Assembly (NCBI GenBank): GCA_965644315.1 | Contig: CBFFRQ010000136.1 | Coordinates: forward strand, 1-45,239 | Origin: Caecitellus pseudoparvulus | Taxonomy: Eukaryota > Protista > Bigyra: Bicosoecida | Length of the DNA: 45,239 nucleotides | Direction of reading: 5' to 3' | Shown: piece by piece, positions 1 to 9,267 of the stretch | Numbering within the stretch: position 1 is the first letter of the stretch | Layout of the letters: each line of letters opens with the position of its first letter | Translations under genes and position numbers: made by a program | The notes under the pieces: generated by a model | Told to the model about the DNA's origin: nothing | Databases searched by the model: none | What the model saw: the letters and a program-made list of their open reading frames with translations, nothing else

Positions 1-1396
1 TAACCCTAACCCTAACCCTAACCCTAACCCTAACCCTAACCCTAACCCTAACCCTAACCCTAACCCTAACCCTAACCCTAACCCTAACCCTAACCCTAAC
101 CCTAACCCTAACCCTAACCCTAACCCTAACCCTAACCCTAACCCTAACCCTAACCCTAACCCTAACCCTAACCCTAACCCTAACCCTAACCCTAACCCTA
201 ACCCTAACCCTAACCCTAACCCTAACCCTAACCCTAACCCTAACCCTAACCCTAACCCTAACCCTAACCCTAACCCTAACCCTAACCCTAACCCTAACCC
301 TAACCCTAACCCTAACCCTAACCCTAACCCTAACCCTAACCCTAACCCTAACCCTAACCCTAACCCTAACCCTAACCCTAACCCTAACCCTAACCCTAAC
401 CCTAACCCTAACCCTAACCCTAACCCTAACCCTAACCCTAACCCTAACCCTAACCCTAACCCTAACCCTAACCCTAACCCTAACCCTAACCCTAACCCTA
501 ACCCTAACCCTAACCCTAACCCTAACCCTAACCCTAACCCTAACCCTAACCCTAACCCTAACCCTAACCCTAACCCTAACCCTAACCCTAACCCTAACCC
601 TAACCCTAACCCTAACCCTAACCCTAACCCTAACCCTAACCCTAACCCTAACCCTAACCCTAACCCTAACCCTAACCCTAACCCTAACCCTAACCCTAAC
701 CCTAACCCTAACCCTAACCCTAACCCTAACCCTAACCCTAACCCTAACCCTAACCCTAACCCTAACCCTAACCCTAACCCTAACCCTAACCCTAACCCTA
801 ACCCTAACCCTAACCCTAACCCTAACCCTAACCCTAACCCTAACCCTAACCCTAACCCTAACCCTAACCCTAACCCTAACCCTAACCCTAACCCTAACCC
901 TAACCCTAACCCTAACCCTAACCCTAACCCTAACCCTAACCCTAACCCTAACCCTAACCCTAACCCTAACCCTAACCCTAACCCTAACCCTAACCCTAAC
1001 CCTAACCCTAACCCTAACCCTAACCCTAACCCTAACCCTAACCCTAACCCTAACCCTAACCCTAACCCTAACCCTAACCCTAACCCTAACCCTAACCCTA
1101 ACCCTAACCCTAACCCTAACCCTAACCCTAACCCTAACCCTAACCCTAACCCTAACCCTAACCCTAACCCTAACCCTAACCCTAACCCTAACCCTAACCC
1201 TAACCCTAACCCTAACCCTAACCCTAACCCTAACCCTAACCCTAACCCTAACCCTAACCCTAACCCTAACCCTAACCCTAACCCTAACCCTAACCCTAAC
1301 CCTAACCCTAACCCTAACCCTAACCCTAACCCTAACCCTAACCCTAACCCTAACCCTAACCCTAACCCTAACCCTAACCCTAACCCTAACCTAACC
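1..1396. repeat. Telomeric array (TAACCC)n, i.e. TTAGGG on the minus strand; left chromosome end
   Basis: 231 perfect TAACCC units (1-1386), then two 5-nt TAACC variants (1387-1396) at the junction with unique sequence. The array starts at base 1 with the C-rich strand on plus. Confidence 0.99.
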
Positions 1397-1401
1397 TGGT
1401 C

Positions 1402-2927
1402 ATGTGCCTCGTTAGGTCCCACTTCGACCATGGCCCCGTGCCAGCCCAAGCCGTCCGTCCCAGTGTCAGACAATCCGTCCCCTCCGAGGGTGATGCACCT
1501 GTCGACACCAAGACACCATCGACCTGGACTGACACTCAGCTCGACAAGGCACCGAAGAAGAAGAAGACCCGTCGAGGCAAGCGAGGAAAGGGCAAGTCAG
1601 CCGGACGATCCCTCACCTTCGAGGACGTCTTCATCAAGAACGTCCGGCCACCTGCACCTCGACCAACCTCACCACCTGCCACCCAAGGCTCACCCAAAGA
1701 TACCGTCACCACCCCTGTGGTGCATGCCATGTTGCCTTCATCAAGGGTGCAGCGGGGCGTCGACCGCAAGTGGCCGTCCCCCACCCCGTCGGGCGAGGCA
1801 AGCCCCGAGGTGCACCGGTATCGGCCGTCTGCAGCAGCAGCATGGGAGGTGATCACAAGGGTGGTGCCTCTTCATGACAGTGTGCGGACACCCGAGCACC
1901 TGGCCGAGTACCCCATCAAGCCTGGCCCTCTGGCCGACCTGCTGTCATCGACCCACGTGTACTCTAACGTGGGGGGGCGGGCCTGTGTCCAGGCCTGTCT
2001 CGAGACGGCAGCAGGGGAGAGGGTCTTCGAGGCTGGGGACCTCCTCCTACTCCAGCATGCAGCCACCATCAACGCTGCCCAGCTTGCCTTCAAGCACATG
2101 GTCAGGCAGCTGGAGGGGGTGGTCAGTGACTCGTCCAGCTCGGACATCATGGACGTCGGCCAGAAGCCACCCTCCCCTTCCGCTCAGACGGGCAACGGGT
2201 GGCCGTCTTCCGCAACATGCTGCACCAGCACTCGCCGGATGACACCTTCCTGGCCCCAGGTACACCACCAGTCCTGCTTCCCGGCCTGCACCTGCTCATC
2301 GACCGCATCAACCAAGGGTACCGTGCCCCAGCCGGGCATGATGACCTTGGCCAGGCCGGCGTCGACCCCAGCCAGGTTGATGAAGAGGGTGACCAAGAGG
2401 GGCACCTCGACGGAGTGCTGTATGCCTTCGCACTTCGAGAGGTGTGGACCGACAACACGGCCCATCTGCAGCTCATCCTCGTCGACCATGATCGAGGCAA
2501 GCTGGTGCTGTGGAACCCCGACATCCCTGACCTCCATGACGAGCTGCCCCTGCACAAGTGCATGACCCGGCTGGCAGCCGAAGGCATCAACGTCTTGTAC
2601 CGGATCTGGACCACACCCGAGGCGGGCAGTCCAGCACCCTTCCGGGACAGGCTTCGAGGGGCACTCCAGTCTCTCCGAGATGACTTCCCCCCCCTGCCTC
2701 ACAAGGCCACCGACGGCACCGTGCACCCCCAGACCCTCATCGCTGGCAAGGGCACAAGGGTGGCCATGCCTCATGGGCGGATGACCCGACAGCAGGCCGC
2801 CACCCTGGAGGCTGAGGTCAAGGACCCCCTCAAGCGGCTGGTGCCTGAAGACGGCGAGGGTCGCCTGCCCAAGGTCAAGGATGTGCCCCACATCTCGATC
2901 GGGCAGATGGGTGGACGCCTGATGTAA
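1402..2927 (+). CDS. Element A protein (about 500 aa if a -1 frameshift near 2130 is corrected): basic/Pro-rich N-terminal part, possible papain-like cysteine peptidase C-terminal part
   Basis: ORF 1402-2565 reads protein-like up to about VVSD. The frame of ORF 2199-2927 is open from 2130, after a TGA at 2127-2129. Restoring one C gives VVSD-LVQLGHHGRRPEATLPF. Contains the basic patch KKKKTRRGKRGKGK, a Cys-box-like SNVGGRAC and a His-strand-like AHLQLILVD...LVLWNP. The domain call is inference. Confidence 0.55.
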
Positions 2928-3527
2928 GTCACCTGTGGGGGCATACTCCCTGTGCCACACATGACTGAAGCTTTGTGTCGCGACCGACGCACATAGCTGA
3001 CATCGGACATTGGAAAGTCCAACCCAACCTCACCATCACCAACCCAACATCGATACCAACACATCAGGACTCGGCTCAGTGGAAGGGGAAGGCACTTGCA
3101 GCAAGATCTGTGAGGCCGCCCCCAAACCTGAGCCGAAGGGACAGCCGGGCTGGGTCGTGTGCTTGCATCTCAGCAACACCCAGTCCGTGTCGAGTCCATA
3201 TCCTCCAGCCCACACCGCCACCCAAGCCAAGCAAGTCGGGTCTCCACCCCTGGACATCGGACCGAGACGGACGAGACTGGACTGGACGGACAAGACAAGA
3301 GTGGACCGAGACCTGGACCTACACCTCAAGACCATCCCACCGGGGCGGGCGCTGAAGCGCCAAGACAGACGGCGACTTATACAACGGACACGAGTCTGTG
3401 CTAGTCGCAAAGCCGTGCAAGCGGTGCCGTCGTGGTGTCTGTGTCACTGCATTCTGTTGTGGCGCAGGTGGCACCACATGTCCAAGCCCAAGCTGTACCA
3501 TGATGTAGCCTGCATGGAGGCAATCTG

Positions 3528-3538
3528 CAATGCATTGA
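3528..3538 (+). other. Shared 3'-terminal motif CAATGCATTGA (10-bp palindrome) of element A
   Basis: Exact match to 7320-7330. Both copies lie 4 nt before a telomeric tract. Confidence 0.8.
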
Positions 3539-3542
3539 GTAG

Positions 3543-3589
3543 CTAACCCTAACCCTAACCCTAACCCCTAACCCTAACCCTAACCCTAA
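3543..3589. repeat. Internal telomeric tract between elements A and B
   Basis: 7 TAACCC-type units (one TAACCCC variant) plus TAA, in the same orientation as the terminal array. Confidence 0.97.
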
Positions 3590-6500
3590 GGCCGATTTTA
3601 AGAAGGAGACCGCCTCCAGGCTAAGGAAGCATATCAACATGCTCGCCAAGGAGCACCCTTTCACGGCGCATCAACTCATCTGCCGTGCGCTGGGCCGAAG
3701 AGCCGGAGGCCTGGCGCCAACTGGCCTCGCGCTGCAGGCTGGCCAGGCGGTGACCGAGCCGGCCCAGGTGGTGAAAATCTTGCATTCTCAGATGAGATCT
3801 GTGATAGCACAGCCACCCAGTACCGACTTGGACGGACTCAGTGCAGCCCACTTTGAGGGTCTGCTGCCTCCAATTTCCGCAGGGAGTGACTCGGGAGCCC
3901 TTGGAGAGCCGAAAATCTTCAACTTTGAGGCGGTCCTCAGAGCGACCAAGTCACTGCGGAAACACCGCAGCAGTGGTCTGTCGGAACTCAAGGCCGAACA
4001 CTGGGCCTACGCAGGCCCGGATGTTCTGAGATGCCTCGCAGAGACGCTACAGCACCTAGTGAAGGGAGACGGTCTCCTGCCACGGGAGCTGCACCACGGC
4101 AAGGGAGTACTGCTCGCAAAGAAGGGTCAGACCCCCGGGGTCGCGTCGACCTACCGGCTGATCGTGTGCCGGAGCCCGCTGAGCAAGCTGGTGAACAGTG
4201 TTCTTGCATTCAGGCTGGAACAAGCCGTCCAAGGCCTCATCACTCCGCAGCAAGCAGGGTTCTCCAGAGGCCGCGGGTGCCACGAGCACGTTTTTGCGAT
4301 GCTCGAAGGACCACGAACAGCACTGAGAACAGCGACCGCGACGTGTTCCCGGGACATAAGACCCAAGAACAGCCCTCCACTGGCCGTTTTCGCCGTGTTT
4401 ATCGACTTTCGAAAGGCTTTCGACTCCGTTGATCACAGGGCGTTGCGCGTGCTGCTAGACCACCTGCCGCTGGACCGCACCACCAGGCGACTCCTCGTGG
4501 ATTTCATCGAGAACGCCAGCGTCTGCATCGACACGGAACACGGCATGACCGAGGCCATTCACGCGACCAGTGGCGTAGCGCAAGGAAGCGTCCTCTCGCC
4601 CCTCCTATTCAAGATCGCGGTCGACCTGGTGTCCCGTGCGCTCTCCTTGAACCACATTCCGGGGGAGGGAACGGGGGAAAAACCGACACTGGGGGTCAAG
4701 CTACTGCATTCAAAGGGGGACCCAGTCCACACTGGACCCCGATTCAGCCACGCGCTGTACGCAGACGACCTGGGACTCGTCGTAGACAGCGCGGACGCCG
4801 TGATCCGTGCGATCACCATCGTCAGGCGGGTCGGGGCGCTGCTGGGGCTCAGAGTCAACGCCTCCAAGTCGGCCATCATGATCATGCGACCAACACCACG
4901 ACTTGCGTATCGCATGAGCCGACTCCATGTGCAGATAGTCAGCGCCAAGAAACGCCTTGCTGCGGAGTCACAGGCGCTAACCGTCGACGGAAAGCGGATC
5001 CCTCTCACGGACGAGTACGAGTACTTAGGAACACCGCTACAAGCCAAGCTGTTCATACAACATAAAACAGCTCGTCGACATGCCGCAACCACCTTGAGCA
5101 TGGCTGGGCATTCTTCTGTGGCGATTTCTGCGGCCGAATGGCTCGCCCCATCGGCAGCGCACCGCCTTTTGAGGACCTCAGTGGTCGCTGCAGCGGACTA
5201 CACACTGGCAATCACCGGCAAACACTCGCTCATGCCCAACCGCATGTGTGACAATGCCATTGGCAGTGTTCTGGACAAATCCGTGTTCGGTTTTCAGCTT
5301 CATCCGATGCGCGTCCAACACGGCGCGGTCCTTGCAGCGGCTGGTATTCCTCTGACACACATGCGCACGATGCGAAGTCGCATTGGTTTCATAGTCCGGA
5401 CACTTAAGCAGGCTGTGGTGGATTCGCCTGCTTTCAAGATCCTGATGGTGAGCGTGTGGCAGGGCCGAACGATGGTCGCGGACGTCCCGGACGAGAGGGT
5501 CCCTTCGGCCCTCCTTTTGGAAGATGTAGCGGCCTCGAAACACACCTTCTATGGCACAGGCACTCCGTGGGCCGTCAGACCCCTCTTGGAGTTGCGCCTG
5601 TTGGGGTACCACGAAGGTGTGTTCGGCGTTCTGGCCATGGCCGCGAGGTGGCACGATTTGAGCGGAAATCGGGACACCACGGCCCTACACGAAGAGATGC
5701 GATCTCTCCAAAAGGCCTTAAAGCTGCCCACGAACACGGCCCAGAACGGCCCGAAGTTGTTCGTCGCAACAAGTGTTCCTGTGGCCTCTGCGAGGTTCGA
5801 CAAGTTGGTTGACTTCCCTGCCACTTTCACGTTGAGGCAGCGTTTGGACCTCCTGGAGTCGTACTTGTTCATTGCACGAACGCAAAGAACAGACATGTAT
5901 CGGGAGACCATGTTCCTACCTGCTGAGTACCCGGGCCACTCGCCTCGGGGAGAAATAGGCGACAAAAGAGTGAATCCGACGCTCTCGCCGAGGCCTCACC
6001 ATTTGGACATCCGAGCGCGAACACACGCGGAACTGCATCCGATTCCAAGTGTTCCCTGTAGCGCTTGGACTGCCTGTCATCCTGACAGAAGTTGGTTGCC
6101 GAAGGTGTTCATGCTGCAGACACAGCAGCTCCTGCATCCGGGTGCACTCCTGACGCCGTATATCGCATGTCCTCTCTGTCTGGACCCCGAAATACGCGAT
6201 GCGGAGTTCATTTTAGACCACATTCTGCTGGACTGCCCTTCAGTGTCTCTAGAACGTCTGGCGTTCTTCCGAGAGGCTGCGCAGAACTTGCTGGACTGTG
6301 ACGAAGCGGCAAAGTCAACCGCTGTGCCGAGGCGGCCGACGGCCGAGGCCCTTCGGCACCCACCTCTGAGATACGTCACCATTCCAGAAAGTCTGCACAC
6401 AGCGGTGCAGGCTGGCTGTCAACTGGACACTGGAACACGTATCTCATGCCAGAACACCCGGGCGTTGCTGAAGCGGCTCGCCCTGTGTGGTCAGTGGCCC

Positions 6501-6968
6501 ACGGGAGCACCCGAGTGTGCGGACTGGGATCACGCAACTTGTGCTGCCCTCACGGCGCCACACATGGAACGGCTGCGTGTTCCAGTCCGAAACTCGACCC
6601 ATCTACTGGACCAAGACCCAGTGAAAGCCGCTGAAGCATTGGAGGCATTTGCTGGGCCCTTGCGGCAAAAGTTGCTCCCGAATTCTGGGGGTGCCGCTGA
6701 CGGCAAAAGTTTCTACTGGCCCCACGAGGTGGTCGCCGCACCTCCCGGATGGACGAAAGTCCTGAAAACGTGCATCCGGTACTGTGGGGCCGTGTTTGAT
6801 CACGTGGTAGAAGCTCAACTCCGGGGCGCAGGTGTGGAACGCGGGCAGCCCGCCGCGGACCTCGCGCGGCGAGCCCGCTACACGGCCGCCACGCCTGCTG
6901 CCTGGACCATGCCAAGCCACCTCGCTCCCGGGCGAGGTGGCGCGGCAGAGGAGCAAGAAAGTGAGTGA
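3588..6968 (+). CDS. Non-LTR reverse transcriptase with C-terminal CCHC zinc knuckle (N-terminally truncated; first ATG at 3639)
   Basis: LINE RT motifs in order: SSGLSELKAEHW (domain 0), LLAKKG...YRLI...SKL, QAGFSRGRG, FIDFRKAFDSVDH, GVAQGSVLSPLLF, LYADDL (~4755-4772), GLRVNASKS, YEYLG. These are followed by CPLC-x13-H-x4-C (CPLCLDPEIRDAEFILDHILLDC). The frame has no stop from 3588 (KADFKKETASRLRKHINM). Confidence 0.95.
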   Translation, partial: KADFKKETASRLRKHINMLAKEHPFTAHQLICRALGRRAGGLAPTGLALQAGQAVTEPAQVVKILHSQMRSVIAQPPSTDLDGLSAAHFEGLLPPISAGSDSGALGEPKIFNFEAVLRATKSLRKHRSSGLSELKAEHWAYAGPDVLRCLAETLQHLVKGDGLLPRELHHGKGVLLAKKGQTPGVASTYRLIVCRSPLSKLVNSVLAFRLEQAVQGLITPQQAGFSRGRGCHEHVFAMLEGPRTALRTATATCSRDIRPKNSPPLAVFAVFIDFRKAFDSVDHRALRVLLDHLPLDRTTRRLLVDFIENASVCIDTEHGMTEAIHATSGVAQGSVLSPLLFKIAVDLVSRALSLNHIPGEGTGEKPTLGVKLLHSKGDPVHTGPRFSHALYADDLGLVVDSADAVIRAITIVRRVGALLGLRVNASKSAIMIMRPTPRLAYRMSRLHVQIVSAKKRLAAESQALTVDGKRIPLTDEYEYLGTPLQAKLFIQHKTARRHAATTLSMAGHSSVAISAAEWLAPSAAHRLLRTSVVAAADYTLAITGKHSLMPNRMCDNAIGSVLDKSVFGFQLHPMRVQHGAVLAAAGIPLTHMRTMRSRIGFIVRTLKQAVVDSPAFKILMVSVWQGRTMVADVPDERVPSALLLEDVAASKHTFYGTGTPWAVRPLLELRLLGYHEGVFGVLAMAARWHDLSGNRDTTALHEEMRSLQKALKLPTNTAQNGPKLFVATSVPVASARFDKLVDFPATFTLRQRLDLLESYLFIARTQRTDMYRETMFLPAEYPGHSPRGEIGDKRVNPTLSPRPHHLDIRARTHAELHPIPSVPCSAWTACHPDRSWLPKVFMLQTQQLLHPGALLTPYIACPLCLDPEIRDAEFILDHILLDCPSVSLERLAFFREAAQNLLDCDEAAKSTAVPRRPTAEALRHPPLRYVTIPESLHTAVQAGCQLDTGTRISCQNTRALLKRLALCGQWPTGAPECADWDHATCAALTAPHMERLRVPVRNSTHLLDQDPVKAAEALEAFAGPLRQKLLPNSGGAADGKSFYWPHEVVAAPPGWTKVLKTCIRYCGAVFDHVVEAQLRGAGVERGQPAADLARRARYTAATPAAWTMPSHLAPGRGGAAEEQESE

Positions 6969-7334
6969 TAAAAGCTTGCTTTGGGTTGATAGTGCATTCT
7001 AAGATGTTATTCTGAAATTCCCAGTGTCGTAACGCGCGGCGGGGTTGTTCTGGGTCGCGGGGTGGTGAGGTGTGCGCGGGGTCGCCGCGGCGCCCCCAAC
7101 ACGCCAAGGCCGAAACCCGCGCCCAACTCACCCAACAGGCGCCGAACGCCTGAATGACGACGAAGAACATTAAAGTACCATGTTCTGAAAAGAACAAGCT
7201 TACTTCACATGGTGACTCACCATGTTTCGTGCAAGATATGTGCGCGACGCAAGCGAGAACCGTGGCCCGCTTCTTTCGAGGAGCAAGTGTGAGGTGAGTG
7301 TGGTGAAAACAAGAGGCTACAATGCATTGAACTT
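3590..7334 (+). mobile_element. Element B: 5'-truncated telomere-associated non-LTR (LINE-type) retrotransposon
   Basis: RT ORF open back into the upstream telomeric tract. About 365 nt of 3' UTR ends in CAATGCATTGA-ACTT-CCTAACCC. TAACCC tracts flank both sides and there is no poly(A). Confidence 0.92.
7320..7330 (+). other. Shared 3'-terminal motif CAATGCATTGA of element B
   Basis: Identical to 3528-3538, with the same 4-nt spacing to the telomeric tract. Confidence 0.8.
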
Positions 7335-7394
7335 CCTAACCCTAACCCTAACCCTAACCCTAACCCTAACCCTAACCCTAACCTAACCCTAACC
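7335..7394. repeat. Proximal internal telomeric tract, probably the former chromosome end
   Basis: About 10 TAACCC-type units, with TAACC variants at the proximal junction. Confidence 0.97.
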
Positions 7395-8920
7395 GAAAAG
7401 GAGCAAACTGTGTGAGGCTCTACACTGTACACGCGGGAGGTCAGAAGCTTTCAAGGAGTGTTTGCCCTCTGTCAGACCGTGAGAACAAAGGCTATCATTC
7501 CTCAGAATGCACTGCAAGGGATGATTCAGAGGCCGTACACCCAAGACACTCCCAAGTGCATGTCAAATTTAATGTCGTTTGTTTGCCAAAAATCCTAACT
7601 GTACGCGTAGTAGGGCAAGTGTGGGAGAGGTGCACAGGGTTCACCCTTCTGTGGAGGCGGGAGCAAGGCCCACTTTTCCTATGTGACGGCGTGTGCCGTG
7701 CTTGCCAGGGTGCCTGTCTTGCCCTCCATGTCATAAAACGGCTCGATGTACCTGTACAGCATGTTGCCTTGCTTCTCAGTTGCATCCTTCCTCAGTGTAG
7801 CGCCCACGGAGCTTTTCCCGCCCCGCAGCGCCGACGCGACGTCCAGCTCAGTAGGGTTGGCAGGGAAAGCCATCAGCACTTCTTCTCCCTGTTGAGGTTG
7901 TAACCTAGTCCGACTCAGCGCTGCATGGGTGGTCCTAATAGTTGCCCCAGGCAGACACAGGTTGCGCAAGAGACGCCATGGACATGCCCAGCACTGAACC
8001 CACGAAGGCAGCCGCGCTTTGAGGTACGGCCATGTCCCAGGGGGACTCAGGGAGGCATTCAGGAGCCGCTCCGTCCTTGGTTCACTGCTGGATGAATTTG
8101 TCGCCGACAGCGGCGGCGCCCCACAGCAGCCGACTGGCTGTGGTAGCACCGGCCTGAACCATGGCTCAGGCGCTGCCGAAGGCTTGAAAGAACCAAGTGC
8201 TGCCGTGGCCGTTTGGAAGGCTTCGACGGACGAATACTTTAGCCATGTCTGCGATGGCACGTGGTGACAGCACCCACTCGTCGCTAGGGCTGGGGGGGGT
8301 CCATGGATGGGCTTGCAGCGCCTCCAGAGCCAGTGCCTGCGCAGAGCCAGCACCGTTGCCGTGACGCTGTGACACAGCGAGCAAGGCGCTTAGGCCCGTA
8401 CAAGTATCGGCAACTACAAATTCTGTCGAATTTTCAGGCATTTCCATCACGAAACGGTGCTGGGTGGCAGATTCTGCGTCGCAAAGAGGCCGGCGTGCAG
8501 GCTGCGCAGGTGGTGGGACGAAACGCTGGTTTTGAGGCATCGCCACACCACGCACCTGCCGCCAGCTTCATAGCCCGCGCATGCTCAAATCAGTGCTTGG
8601 GGAACTTTGAGGGGGTTTTCCCTCGCCAGTGACACCCTGTACGCGAACAGTGGTAGTGCGTCCTACTTTCCCAAAATGAGCGACCTTGCACGGCATGCAG
8701 CGTCCCTCTGCTTGCCTGTGGCAGGCGTCACCACCCCGTGCAGTCTGCATCAGCAACCTTCCGCACACAGTCCTTCAATGTGAAAAACCCAACAGCCCCG
8801 CATGGACTGCATAGACGATGCGGCCAAAGAGACATGCTCGAGGCGGGCCCACGCTGCAGCCTGACGCAGCACTCCTGCAAAGAGACACGATGCACCCTGC
8901 GTCGTGTGTAAGCATGCATC
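7395..8920 (-). pseudogene. Decayed coding fragment of unknown family running into the telomeric tract
   Basis: Overlapping protein-like minus-strand pieces (8166-8555, 7679-8353, e.g. GNMLYRYIEPFYDMEGKTG) broken by stops and frameshifts. No recognisable motif. Confidence 0.3.
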
Positions 8921-9267
8921 ATCGACTACGATCCAAAGTGGCCCTCCACTTGGACTGCACTTCACAGCCGCCCCCTAACGCTGCCAAAGCATGGTCGTCG
9001 AAGGGCCCAGCGACCTCTCAAAAGGCGCTGCAGCCGCCGCTGCAAACCCACACAGTTGAAGGTTGGCAGCAAGGTACTCCCTCAATCTCCACACCTCAAA
9101 CCCTGCCGCTGAAACTCCCTCGAGTGTCACATTGAGCTTCTTGCTGTCTACAGCTGCCCTTAACGCGAAGCGGCATCGTCCAGCCAAAGCTCGCCAGTAC
9201 TCTGCACAATCCCTCAACCACAAACATCTGTAAATCAGCAGCCAGGACCGACGACCACATGTAAACA

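Larger units (their letters stand above)
1397..3542 (+). mobile_element. Element A: 5'-truncated, RT-less telomere-embedded element, putative non-autonomous partner of element B
   Basis: Bounded on both sides by TAACCC tracts. Its ORF is open up to the telomere junction (CCT AAC CTG GTC ATG). About 600 nt of 3' UTR ends in CAATGCATTGA-GTAG-CTAACCC, the same terminal motif as element B. No RT motifs and no poly(A). Confidence 0.65.

Noticed and set aside
3588-6968. Telomerase (TERT) or Penelope-like/Terminon RT
   Set aside because: Motifs are LINE-type (domain 0, QAGF, DFRKAFDSV, YADD, C-terminal CCHC). No TERT T motif or GIY-YIG domain was seen.
2928-7334. Hammerhead ribozymes in the 3' UTRs of A or B
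   Set aside because: No CTGANGA...GAAA core with flanking stems was found by eye. The CGAAAC at 7111 lacks a matching upstream core.
1397-7334. A and B as ORF1 and ORF2 of one LINE interrupted by telomeric repeats
   Set aside because: A has its own 3' UTR and the same terminal motif as B, and B's ORF is cut mid-frame at the repeats. They behave as separate insertions, although common ancestry is not excluded.
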